A stretch of 64,000 bases of DNA from Anolis carolinensis (taxonomy: Eukaryota), in assembly GCF_035594765.1 (NCBI RefSeq), contig NC_085841.1:287689402-287753401 (forward strand), in the 5' to 3' direction. A model generated the notes under the pieces. The model saw only the letters and a list, made by a program, of their open reading frames with translations. It searched no databases and was not told the origin of the DNA. This document shows, piece by piece, positions 42,150 to 53,429 of the stretch; within the stretch, counting starts at the first letter, position 1, and each line of letters starts with the position of its first letter. The translations under genes and the position numbers were made by a program.

Positions 42150-43100
42150 TGGACTGGCCTCGGATTAAGTGACCCAAATAGCTCAACCCTTTATTAGGAA
42201 AGATATAGTCTACTGCAAGGACCTTGTCCTGAATACAATTTTAATCATAATAAAAATTATTTGAACACAGTAGCAATTTTTCTAAAATAGAAGCTAAAGA
42301 TAGAGTTAAGTCATGGTGCCTTTTTCTGACAACATCCTGAAAAAGGGGCTTAGAGAAATATTAACTTCCTGGGGCTGTAATTCTCTCCCATTCAATTTTA
42401 AGGATGGGTCTTTAATTGTACAGCCAACCATTTCAGAAAACTTTATGGAAGAAAAAGTAGATGGCGATAGATAGTGCTTAAGATTTACTCCAAAAAATGG
42501 GACGTATCCAATAAAACAAGACGTAGTCGCAGGGACATGAAAGACAGAAAAAACAAAAACAAAAAAGATACAAAAGTCAATTTGCCAACAATAATAGCAG
42601 TCCTAAATTTACTATGAGCTCATCATAAGTGTGACAAACGATCAAGAAAGGGGAACACACAAATCCATTTTCATAGAAATACTAGATTTTATCTTCATTC
42701 TCTCATTGCCAAAAATTGGAATTTTTGTTACATGCTGTGCTTTTTAACTTGTGTCCCTCTGTTTACATAAAGCTCTTTGATCTAGTAGATGCAAGGGAAG
42801 AAGGTGATTTCAAACACTCCTCCTTCCTGGCATGTCCCCAAATCCCTGAAGAGGGACCTTTCAAAGTAGTGTTGACGCAAGGTACTACAGAGCAGTGCAA
42901 TTGCTTCCTTTCCCAGGTTCCTCCAGATCAAAGCATTTTCCAATAACAAAGGGACACCAGTCGGGTACAACTCCAGGGATGAAAAACTGCAAAGATCTCT
43001 AACCTATAACTTACACAAAAATATTTGTTCCAATAAATGGAACTAGGATCTGCTACTGGGTGCAGAGGTCAACTTATTGGGACTCTTTGATATTTCTTTC
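42150..43100 (+). mobile_element. Possible highly degraded L1-like ORF2 3' region
   Basis: Remnant CCHC-like stretch (RC.REEGDFKH..FLACPQI) near 42785-42845; boundaries are a guess. Confidence 0.3.
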
Positions 43101-43590
43101 TCTCTCATGTGTTGTAAAGACAGGCTTGAACATGTATGAGCAATACCTAGTGAAATAAACGTTAAAAGCTACAGAAGGACCTGGATTTTTAGTCATGAAA
43201 ATTTAATATCTCAACAAATTAAGAGAAAAGCTAGGTTTGTTACTCCATGTTGTTCCCATGTCTAAAATAAGAATTATGTAAAAGTGGAAAAATAATAACT
43301 CTACATAAAATATTGCCTTTTCTATAGTATAAATAGAATTATGTTATTACAAAAGTTATGCACACATGTTATATTTGTGCCTATAGCCATAAAAGAAAAT
43401 AGCAAGTCTATGCTTACTATCAATTTAAGTTCAATTTAAATATTTAAATATTTAAATATTTAAAATTAAAAGTAGCTTAAAACTATATTTTTGAAAGCTA
43501 TTCTAATTCTGTACCCTCCTCTGCATCTGATAATCAGGAGAAATTCTCCTGAAACATCCACTTCCTATACAAATGTTCCATGTGTCCTAT

Positions 43591-44480
43591 TGTCACGACC
43601 CAGGCTGCAGAGCACCAATAACCATGCGCAGAGACCAGAATCTATCTGATATCTTTATTAAAGAAATATATAAAGTCAATAAAAACAAGTGAAGAGTATA
43701 GTTCAAAAGCAGACCTTTCAGGTGAGGTCAAATATAGTCCAGAAATATATTGTCCAATATAAGATATTAAAGTCCAAAGTTATAATCCACTTGACCGAAA
43801 CACACACCTTGCCAAGCAATGGTGTGGGGAATGACAGGGTCTTTAAAGTCCAAGGGAGCTTGACAACAAGGCTGGAAAATAGGCTTGAATCTTGGCTAGA
43901 TCAAACTTGAAACAAGGCAAACATGAAACAAGAACTGAGTCCATAGAAGTCCGTGAAACAAGGCAAGGCTGGAAACTTGATCCGTGAAACAAGGCTAGGT
44001 TGAAAACTTGATCCGTGAAACAGGGAACTGGGGTACGAAGTCTACACACGATCTCTCTCCTCAAGCTGAACAAATTGACTCCGCAAGGTTCCCCTTGCGA
44101 CAAAACCCCTATATAGGGTCTTGTTTTCCCGCCAATAGAACACTTTCCCTGGAGAACAAGAAGTGAAACCCAAACTGTGTCCAGATGCATGACTCCTTAG
44201 AATTTCCCAAGGGAAGCAGACCTAATCAGCTAATTGTCTGGCAGCGATTCTGAGGCCCCGGCGATTAGCCTCCCTCGCCCCTCTATCTCTATTATAATTG
44301 TCCTTTCGGGAAAACGGGGGAGAATTCTGCCCAAGGCTTGTTTGGTTAACTTCCTGAGGACAAACATCCTCCAGGTGGCGAGGCTCCGATTCAAGCTGAA
44401 CCGGTGGAAATCCCAAATTTTCCTCCTCATCTGCCACAATAGCACTAGGAACGGGACTACAAGGCCCACGAGACATCACA
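43591..44480 (-). repeat. 3' LTR (890 bp)
   Basis: TGTGATG...TGACA on the minus strand; TATATA at 44115-44110; AATAAA at about 43659-43654; 31-bp tandem units at 43950-44031. Confidence 0.95.
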
Positions 44481-47400
44481 CTATCCCCCTCCTCAAGGCC
44501 CCTCTCCAACATGGCCGCTCTCCTCGAGTCGCGGGGCCGCGGCTTGGCAGGGTAGGCTTGATGAAAGCGGCGAACTAAGTCGGGGGCATGGACCGTGGAA
44601 GCGTCCTCCCAAGAGCGTTCTTCGGGCCCAAAACCCACCCAGTCAATGAGATACTGAAGGCGGTGGCGATGAAAGCGAGAATCCAAAATGTCCTGAACCT
44701 CGAATTCCTCCTCCCCGTCCACCAAAACAGGGGCGGGGGCCGGTCGGTACACATCGGGGCGTACCCCATCCGCCAGAAGGAGCAGGGAACAATGAAACAC
44801 CGGATGAATGCGCATGGAGCGCGGGAGTTGGAGTTTGAAAGTCACGGGGTTAAGTTGCGCCACCACTGGGTAGGGACCAATGAAACGGACATCTAACTTC
44901 CGGCAAGGACGGTGGGAGGGCAAAAAGCGAGTGGACAATAGAACCCGATCTCCTACATTGATCTCGGGGCCCGGCTGCCGATGGCCGTCAGCGTGGCGTT
45001 TATAGTCCTCTTTGGCTTGATCCAGTTGTTGGTGCAAGAGTTGTTGCACCGCTGTAAGTTCTTGCAACCAGTCCTCCGCTGCAGGGACTTCTGAAGATTC
45101 AATGACAGAAGGGAAGAAACGTGGATGGAAGCCGTAGTTTGCAAAGAACGGGGTTTCTTTAGTTGAAGCCTGGACACCATTGTTGTAAGCAAATTCTGAT
45201 AGAGGTAACAGGGAAGCCCAATTGTCCTGCTGGTAGTTTACATAACAGCGAAGGTATTGTTCCAAAGTGGCATTGGTGCGCTCAGTTTGCCCATCCGTTT
45301 GGGGATGATGAGCTGAAGATAAACGAGAGTCTATGCCCAATAGTTTCTGTAGTGCTTTCCAGAAACGAGAGGTGAATTGAGATCCACGGTCAGTGACTAA
45401 ACTCTTGGGCAATCCATGTAGTCGGAAAACATGTAGAAGGAATAAATCTGCAGTTTCTTTGGCCGTGGGGAGACCATCGCAGGGAATGAAATGGGCCAAC
45501 TTGGTAAAAAGGTCCACCACCACTAGGATCGTGGTAAATCCAAGGGAGGGTGGTAGGTCAGTGATAAAATCCGCGGAAATTATCTCCCATGGGCGAGATG
45601 GAGTAGGAAGGGGATGCAGTAGCCCAGCCGGCTTCTCCCTTCTTGTCTTGGAACGCTGGCATACCGGGCAGGTATTGACATATTTCTCCACATCCTTGCG
45701 GATCTTGGGCCACCAGAAATCTCGTAGGATCAAGTGCATGGTTTTGAAAAGTCCAAAATGCCCTGCTGGCTTGCTGTCATGACATAGATGGAGTGCCTTT
45801 TCTCTGCCTGGACCTGGAGGGATGTAAACATGATTGCTGTAGCATAGTAGCCCATCCTTAAGTCAGAAAAGGGAAACGTAGTCCTTGGCGAATCTGTTCT
45901 TGAGCCCAGGCATCTGCCTGCTGACTGGCTCTAATTTCTTGAGCGCAAAGGGGTTCTGGGTTAGAGGGAGTTGGTTCAATTGAAGTGGATTTGGTGTTTC
46001 CCACTGTGAGCGTGGCAAAGTTTTCGGGCTGTAGCAATCGAGATTCGAAGGTCTCTCTGCGTCCTGCAGCATACTCTGGTTTCCGTGATAGAGCATCTGC
46101 CTGCTTGGTCTGAGCTGGGGTTACATAATGGATCTGGAAGTCAAAACGTTCAAAGAATAAAGCCCAGCGCTGCTGCCTTTGATTTAGCTTTCGTGCGGTC
46201 CTTAGGTGTTCTAAATTTCGATGATCAGTATGAACCTCAATGGGAAATGTGGCCCCTTCTAACCAATGTCTCCAATTTTCAAAGGCTGCCTTTATGGCCA
46301 AAAGTTCTTTCTCCCATATAGTGCAATTTCTCTCTGGGGCTGTTAGCTGACGGGAGTAATAGGCACAAGGATGAAGGTGTTCTCCCACTGGTTGCATGAG
46401 TATAGCCCCAATTGCCACATCAGAGGCGTCAGCCTGCACAACAAAAGGGGTTTTGGGATCTGGGTGCTGTAGAATTGGCTGGGTCGTGAATAACTTCTTT
46501 AGTTGCTGGAACCCTTTCTCTGCTTGCTCCGTCCAGCGGAAAGGCTGTTTTCCACGGATGCAGCTGGTGATTGGGTCAGACCAGCGGGCAAAGTCTGGGA
46601 TGAATTTGCGGTAGTAGTTTGCAAACCCCAAGAAGCGTTGCACTTCCTTCTTGTTGGTTGGCGCCCGCCATTCCAATTCTGCTGAAACCTTTGCCGGGTC
46701 CACGGAGAGCCCTAGTGGCGAGACGCGGTATCCCAGGAAGTCTACCTCTTGTAGATCAAAAGCGCATTTTTCCAACTTGGCATATAGTCCATGATCCCGC
46801 AATCGTTGTAACACCATTCTGACATGTTGTTTGTGTTCCGATTGTGATCTAGAAAACACCAAAAAATCGTCCAAATATATGATCAAGAACTGATCTAGAT
46901 AATCCTGGAAGATATCGTTGACAAAATGCTGGAATGTTGCGGGAGCTCCGGATAAACCGTAATTCATGACCAGGGACTCAAATAATCCGAATTTGGTCTG
47001 GAAGGCAGTTTTCCACTCGTCCCCTTCTCTGATGCGAACTAAATTGTAAGCCCCCCGGAGATCCAACTTGGTGTAAACCTTGGCCCCTCGGAGCCGGTCT
47101 AATAGGTCCGAGATCAAAGGCAGGGGGTAACGATTCCGCTTCGTGATATTGTTCAAGGCTCTATAGTCCACTACCAAGCGTAGGTCCCCTGACTTCTTTT
47201 TCACAAACATCACTGGGGAAGCTGCTGGGGATTGAGAGGGTCAGATGAACCCCTTGCGAAGGTTTGACTCTATAAACTCCCTGAGAGCTTCTTGCTCTGG
47301 TTCAGTCAGGGAGTAGAGGTGTCCTCGCGGAATTGGGGCCCCCTCCACCAGGTCAATGGCACAGTCATAGGGTCTATGTGGGGGTAGTTTCTCGGCTTCC

Positions 47401-47951
47401 TTTTCATTGAAAACGTCCCAAAAGTCAGAATATTTCTTGGGCAAGGTGATGATGGGCTCGGCTTCTGTGGCATGGCAGACCTTGGCTACTAGACAATGGT
47501 TTTGGCAATATCTTGAGGCAAACTGTAATTCTCTGTTGGACCAGGAGATGTTTGGGTCGTGGAGTGTCAGCCATGGAATTCCCAAAATCACAGGGAAGTG
47601 GGGCACCTCGGTAACGAAGAAGGAAATCTCTTCCATGTGTTCCCTTATCCACATTCTGGTGGGTTCAGTCCATTGGCTTACTGGACCCGTCTTTAGGGGA
47701 CGGCCATCTATAGCCTGCACCACCCGGGTGTTCTTGAAATCGTGATATTGTAATCCCAGAGAGTCGGCATACTCTCTATCGGTGAAATTGTTTGTTTTTC
47801 CTGAGTCTATCATGGCATGGATCATGACGGGTCCTTTTTTCACTGACCACAACGTGACCACCAGGAGAAATAGGACCCCGGTTTGCGGCTCTTGAGTGGG
47901 GTTTTTGACCGGGTTGGCGAGCCTCTCTACGCCCGGTCGCTGGCTTCCCCC
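44222..47951 (-). pseudogene. pol (protease, RT, RNase H, integrase, chromodomain), disrupted
   Basis: Protease DSG motif, RT YLDD, RNase H DASD/EKELLAI/TDHRNL/ADALSR, integrase HHCC and D,D35E, GPY, chromodomain EEEFEVQDILDSR...YLIDWVGFGPEERSWE (about 44557-44715). In-frame TGA at 47243-47241; frameshift near 45864. Confidence 0.93.
44481..44495 (-). other. Polypurine tract
   Basis: TGAGGAGGGGGATAG immediately before the TG of the 3' LTR on the minus strand. Confidence 0.85.
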
Positions 47952-48911
47952 GCAGGCTTTGCTCGAGCCGCCTCGGCCGTCTCCGTCTCCGCAGAGGACG
48001 CCGCCGCCAGGCGGGCGGCAGGCTTTCTTTTGGCTGGACATTCCCTGGCGAGGTGGCCCCCGTTCCCGCAGTACCAACACAGATTCAAACGTTGGCGGCG
48101 GGCCTTTTCGGCAACATCTAGTCTGGGGCACACATTGCCCAACTGCATCGGTTCCTCCTCGCTTCCCATGGGGGTTGGGGCTAGCGGTGGGGATCTCCAT
48201 ACTGGACGTGGTTGAACACTAGCAGAAGCGGGGGGTTTCACTCCGGCTCTCCCACTGGCCTCGGAGCCACTGTTTTTTGTTGGCTATTAGGGCTTCGGCT
48301 CGTAAACACTGGTTGATGAGTCTCTCAAGAGTCCCTGGAGGATCCACCTTAGAGATCTCTTCTTGCATCTCGAAGTTGAGGCCCTCACGAAACTGTCCTC
48401 TAAGGGCTACATCGTTCCAGCCGGTGTTTTGAGCCAGCACCCGGAACTCGGCTATGTACCGGGACAATGGCCTGTCCCCTTGGAAGAGACGCCGGAGTTT
48501 ATGGCCGGCCGCCTCCTCGTCGTCCTCGATCCCCCAGGTCTTTCTAAGGTGATTCAAGAAATTTTGCGCAGAACTTAGGTGTGTGGAACCCGCTTCAAAC
48601 AGCGCCGTCGCCCAATTGGCCGCAGGTCCATCTAGGAGGCTGTAGATCCACACCACCTTGACGTCTTCTTGAGGAAATTCAGCTTGGCGGGCTTCTAAGT
48701 ATGCCTGGCATTGGCGACGGAAAACATGAACCTTGGAGGCTTCTCCAGAAAACTTGGTTGGTAGCGCTAGGGCAGGGAGACGCGCTCCGCGTTCCTTCAA
48801 GCCCAGAATTTCACCCTCCTGCGTTCAGAGAGTATCTCGGATCCGGTCGAATTCTTCCCGGGAAATGGTGTAGCTGAGTGGTTGGGCATCCGCCCCGGTT
48901 CCCGTGGACAT
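47927..48911 (-). pseudogene. gag (sushi/PEG10-like capsid plus CCHC zinc knuckle), disrupted
   Basis: ATG at 48911; in-frame TGA at 48827-48825; frameshift near 48255 joins ORF 48219..48800 (LPTKFSG..., FREGL) to ORF 47927..48241 (EPMQLG, CWYCGNGGHLAREC). Confidence 0.9.
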
Positions 48912-48941
48912 TCTGGCCTTAGGTTAATTGGTGCTTAGGTG

Positions 48942-48951
48942 GCGGAGTCAA
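48942..48951 (-). other. Primer-binding site of the self-priming type (TTGACTCCGC)
   Basis: Lies 2 nt after the 5' LTR, lacks the TGG of a tRNA PBS, and is perfectly complementary to GCGGAGTCAA inside the LTR (49447-49438; 44084-44075). Confidence 0.8.
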
Positions 48952-48953
48952 CC

Positions 48954-49824
48954 TGTCAGGACCCAGGCTGCAGAGCACCAATAACCATGCGCAGAGACCA
49001 GAATCTATCTAATATCTTTATTAAAGAAATATATAAAGTCAATAAAAACAAGTGAAGAGTATAGTTCAAAAGCAGACCTTTCAGGTGAGGTCAAATATAG
49101 TCCAGAAATATATTGTCCAATATAAGATATTAAAGTCCAAAGTTATAATCCACTTGACCGAAACACACACCTTGCCAAGCAATGGTGTGGGGAATGACAA
49201 GGTCTTTAAAGTCCAAGGGAGCTTGACAACAAGGCTGGAAAATAGGCTTGAATCTTGGCTAGATCAAACTTGAAACAAGGCAAACATGAAACAAGAACTG
49301 AGACCATAGAAGTCCGTGAAACAAGGCAAGGCTGGAAACTTGATCCGTGAAACAAGGCTAGGTTGAAAACTTGATCCGTGAAACAGGGAACTGGGGTACG
49401 AAGTCTACACACGATCTCTCTCCTCAAGCTGAACAAATTGACTCCGCAAGGTTCCCCTCGGGTCTTGTTTTCCCGCCAATAGAACACTTTCCCTGGAGAA
49501 CAAGAAGTGAAACCCAAACTGTGTCCAGATGCATGACTCCTTAGAATTTCCCAAGGGAAGCAGACCTAATCAGCTAATTGTCTGGCAGCGATTCTGAGGC
49601 TCCGGCGATTAGCCTCCCTCGCCCCTCTATCTCTATTATAATTGTCCTTTCGGGAAAACGGGGGAGAATTCTGCCCAAGGCTTGTTTGGTTAACTTCCTG
49701 AGGACAAACATCCTCCAGGTGGCAAGGCTCCGATTCAAGCTGAACCGGTGGAAATCCCAAATTTTCCTCCTCATCTGCCACAATAGCACTAGGAACGGGA
49801 CTACAAGGCCCATGAGACATCACA
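48954..49824 (-). repeat. 5' LTR (871 bp)
   Basis: Direct repeat of 43591-44480 with about 7 substitutions (by eye) and a net 19-bp deletion near 49459. Confidence 0.95.
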
Positions 49825-49849
49825 CCTATTTTGATGAGCCAGAAAATCC

Positions 49850-50430
49850 CCAGAGCCAAAAGCAACTGTGGCACGACTGTTATACTTTAAAATCCTTGAC
49901 AATGTCAGTCATTGTACTCAATGCTACCTAATTATGGAAAAAGTCAACTTCTTGCTCTTGCAGAAAAGGCTGTATAAAAATATATGATATCCAGAGGATT
50001 CAAAATGAACTAATAGATATTTGAATGAACTAATAGATACAGAATGAACTAATAGATATTTGAGATTGGCAGAATAGTCAAAAATTGTTGAAAGATGCAA
50101 TGCATCACAATGTTTCTCTGTTTTGGCAGATGTTTTGGATCTGAGTATCTCAGGGCAGTTATCACTCTTGGTAAGGTACGCTGATGATGAAGCTAAAGGA
50201 AAAAGAGAAGACTTTATAGGCTTTATGAAAATAAATTATATGACAGGTAGAAGACTTACAGGCATTATTTTGAAAAAACTGGAAAAATGGGCTGAACTTG
50301 CAATACTTTTATGGACAGGTTGATGGAGCAGCTAATATGAGTGGTTATAATAGTGGTGCACAGGCAATTATATCACAGAAGTATCCAATGGCTGCCTACA
50401 TCCATTGCAGTGCTCTACATTATAAAACCT
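49850..50430 (+). pseudogene. Degraded hAT transposase fragment (ZMYM1/P52rIPK-like type)
   Basis: Motifs in order across frameshifts: IQNELI, FSVLAD, QLSLLVRY, REDFIGF, DGAANMSG, AAYIHC. Confidence 0.8.
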
Positions 50431-50880
50431 TCCTATATCTGTAGATGCTCCCCATGTTATTCAATGCTAATTCTCCACAATTGCATGCAGAGTTTTGACA
50501 AATGAAGTAGGTTCTCTGATTCAGAATGTTTTCATTCCCAGTGAGGGAGAAATGTAAAAAGTAGATTTAATTTTCTCCCTTCTTTACATCTTTGATTTCA
50601 CTTACTTTTTGAGTGTATGTACAGGTATATGGTATTGGAGGAAAGCAAAGGAAAGCAATAACTGAACCATGTACAGTGTCAACTTGAAAGTGGGAGAGAC
50701 CTGACTTCTTCTAATTCCAAATATGATAAACTGTTATAAAGGCAACTTAAAACCACATAAAGCTCAGGCCTGAGTTGCAGCTTAGATAATATGCCATCAA
50801 GATGATCCATCTTTATCAATAATGCCCTTCCTTTTCCAAATCTTAACAAGATAAAAGGGGATGAAAGAATTTTCCAAAAA

Positions 50881-50975
50881 GGGTTGTTGTGTGTTTTCAG
50901 GGACGTATGGCCATGTTCAAGAAGTATTCTCTCCTGACGTTTCACCCACATCTATGGAAGGCATCCTCAGAGGTT
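50881..50975 (-). mobile_element. Penelope-like fragment with minimal hammerhead ribozyme motif
   Basis: Minus strand cct-CTGAGGA-t-stem II-GAAA-cg-TC-agg at 50973-50933. Confidence 0.7.
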
Positions 50976-52559
50976 ATGAGGTATACCTTTAAGGTAGCAA
51001 CTGCCACAGAAGAAGACCAAACATTTTATAATGTCACATCAAGCTACTTAGAGACATCATTAGAGGTATTTCACAAGAAGGAGGAAAACCATTTCCCCCA
51101 TTTTCACTGGTTATTCTCCCTCTCCTCTTCTCATTTCATAAATAAGGATTGTTTCCACAACTGGAACATGGGTCGGGGCAATAACAGGAAAACAGGGAGA
51201 AATGGTTTTTCTCCTTCAACCCACCGTCCACCCCATAAAATGGACTATCCTTCTCTCTCTGGTGCCCCCTGGTGGCCTCCGCCCAGATAATGGAACAGTA
51301 CCAAAAAAAAGTTATTGTTAAAAAACAATTAAACTTTCTGTTCTTCCACCCCGCACTGACTAAAATCATCAGCCTGTATTAGCTTTGGCCAGGCCTAATG
51401 AGACAATTATGTCTCTGATTAATAGATCTGCAGTTTGGAGAAGCACCAGGGCTCTTTGATAAAGAAGGGCAAATACCTTGTGAAATTAAAATTCCCGTGA
51501 TTCCATTGCATTGAGCCATGGCGGTTAAAGTGATGTCAAACTATATTAATTCTACAGTGTGGGTTCATCCTAAAGCAGACAGGCAATGAACAGAAGTGAA
51601 AAGAAGTGAAAATGACAACAAAAATAAATAAGTGTAGAGCATCACAAAGGGAGAAATGGCTTTTCAAAATAAATGTGGTCATTAAACATATAATAAAGTA
51701 ATGTATTAAAATGCATATAATTAATTAATTATTAATTTATAAAAAGGGAAAGGAAAAAAAAATCTAACAACACCTTGTATTTTAGCATGGGTTTTTGTGG
51801 ATTTCAATCTGTTTCTTCAGATGCAATGAAGATGTGGACAATAGTCCACAAAGGTACATGTTAAAATACTGTGTACATTCAAGTAGTTCCCATCTTACGG
51901 CTATCCTAGGGTTTTTTTTTGTATGATTTATTCAGAAAAGGTTTGCTTTTGTCTTCCACTGAAGCTAAGCGAGTGTGAATTGTCCAAGGTCATCCAGTGT
52001 TTTCATGGCTGAGCAGGAATTCGGTTTTCTGAGCTATAGTTCAGTGCTCAAAACATTATATTACACTGGCTATTTATGTTAAAATACAAAAGTCTAATAG
52101 ACTGTGTAACATAATGTTATCTTTGGAAACTATATGTTAGTATGATTCACTACGACATATTTAAAGATTTCAATTATTTTCATCCAGCAAATAGTGTATT
52201 TTCCAAATATTTTTGTTATTGTTGTATGCCTTCAAGCTGTTTCTGACTTATGATGACCCTAAAGTAAACCTATTATGGATGTTCTTGTAAAGATTTGCTC
52301 AAGGAACAGCTTGCCCCAAGACACCCTGGAGGTTTCTGTGGCAGAAGGGGGATCCAAACCTTGGTCTTGAGATATTTATTAACCCTGATTTCTGTATTAA
52401 GATTATTTTTGCTAAGCATAAACTCTCCAACTCGCCAACAAATTTCTGATGGAATAGATTGAAATAGCTTGGAAAACCATGGTGAAAAAGTTGTCATGAA
52501 AGTTCAAACTGCAAGGAGACCTCTTGTGGCGCACCCAAGGGTTCTGTGCAAAGGTCACA

Positions 52560-53140
52560 ACCTTTCAAAATTTGGCTGCAGCAAAAAAGGCAAATCAATT
52601 TTAGTGTGTATTAACAGAAGCATAGTTCCAAGTTGAGATAAATAATTCTGCACTGGTCAGTCCTCGTCAGGAGAACTATGATCAACTCTGCATGCCTCAT
52701 TTTAAGAAGTATATACTGCAGCAGGTTCAGAGAAAGGCAAAAAAATTAATAAGTGGTATAAACAAAAAAACATACAATAAAATGTTGAATGCATTGGACC
52801 TTTATAGCTTGCAGAAGAGAAGACGGAGGGAGGGGCTGATTGCAAATACTTCAAGGGCTTGTCACAGACAGGAGCATGCAGGGAGGACTAGATCAAATGA
52901 TTTTAAATTACAAAAGGACAGCTTTTGATTGAATCTGAGCCATTCCTTCTTGCTATCCTTGACAATAAGAGACATTTGGCAATAGAACCAATTGCCTAGA
53001 GAGAGGCAGAGTCTCCTAATCTGAATATCTTTAAAAAGTTGCTGGACAGCTACCTGCTGTGGATGCTCTGGCTGGTGGTCCTGAACTGAGCAAGGGATTG
53101 GACTCAATGGCTCATAAGACCCATCCATCTTTATGATGCT
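52560..53140 (+). mobile_element. CR1 LINE 3' end
   Basis: Degraded ORF2 C-terminus (QVQRKAKKLI...LYSLQKRRRR) plus a CR1-type 3' UTR. Confidence 0.8.
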
Positions 53141-53429
53141 ATTTCTCTGACCTGAACAAATCAGTTAAACGTATACTAACATAAATAGTCCCTTGTGTGG
53201 GGCCAGAGGATTTCATTCAAGAGCTGTCATTGGTGTTTTCATCTCTTAATTATACCTGAAATTCTGGAAGTCATCCCAAAGTACCACCTTTACAAAAACA
53301 TATGGGACACAGGAAAATCAGCTGTTAAAGTGACTGACATGCATAAATGACATCCTTGGTTATATCTTTCTTACCTCTATTCCATAACCAGTTACATCTG
53401 ATTAGAACAGAGTTAATTATAAACAATTT

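Larger units (their letters stand above)
43591..49824 (-). mobile_element. Full-length Gypsy/Ty3 chromovirus LTR retrotransposon (Tf1/sushi-like), disabled
   Basis: Two near-identical LTRs with TG...CA ends; 5-bp TSD CCTAT at 43586-43590 and 49825-49829; order gag-PR-RT-RH-IN-chromodomain; PPT next to the 3' LTR. Confidence 0.97.

Noticed and set aside
43950-44031. 31-bp tandem units in both LTRs as a CRISPR-like array
   Set aside because: Units are contiguous with no unique spacers, there are no cas genes, and the context is a eukaryotic LTR
44234-48578. Plus-strand ORFs antisense to gag-pol
   Set aside because: Expected shadows of GC-rich coding sequence; short and without motifs
48930-48953. 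Conventional tRNA primer-binding site
   Set aside because: No TGG start complementary to tRNA CCA; self-complementarity to the LTR explains it better
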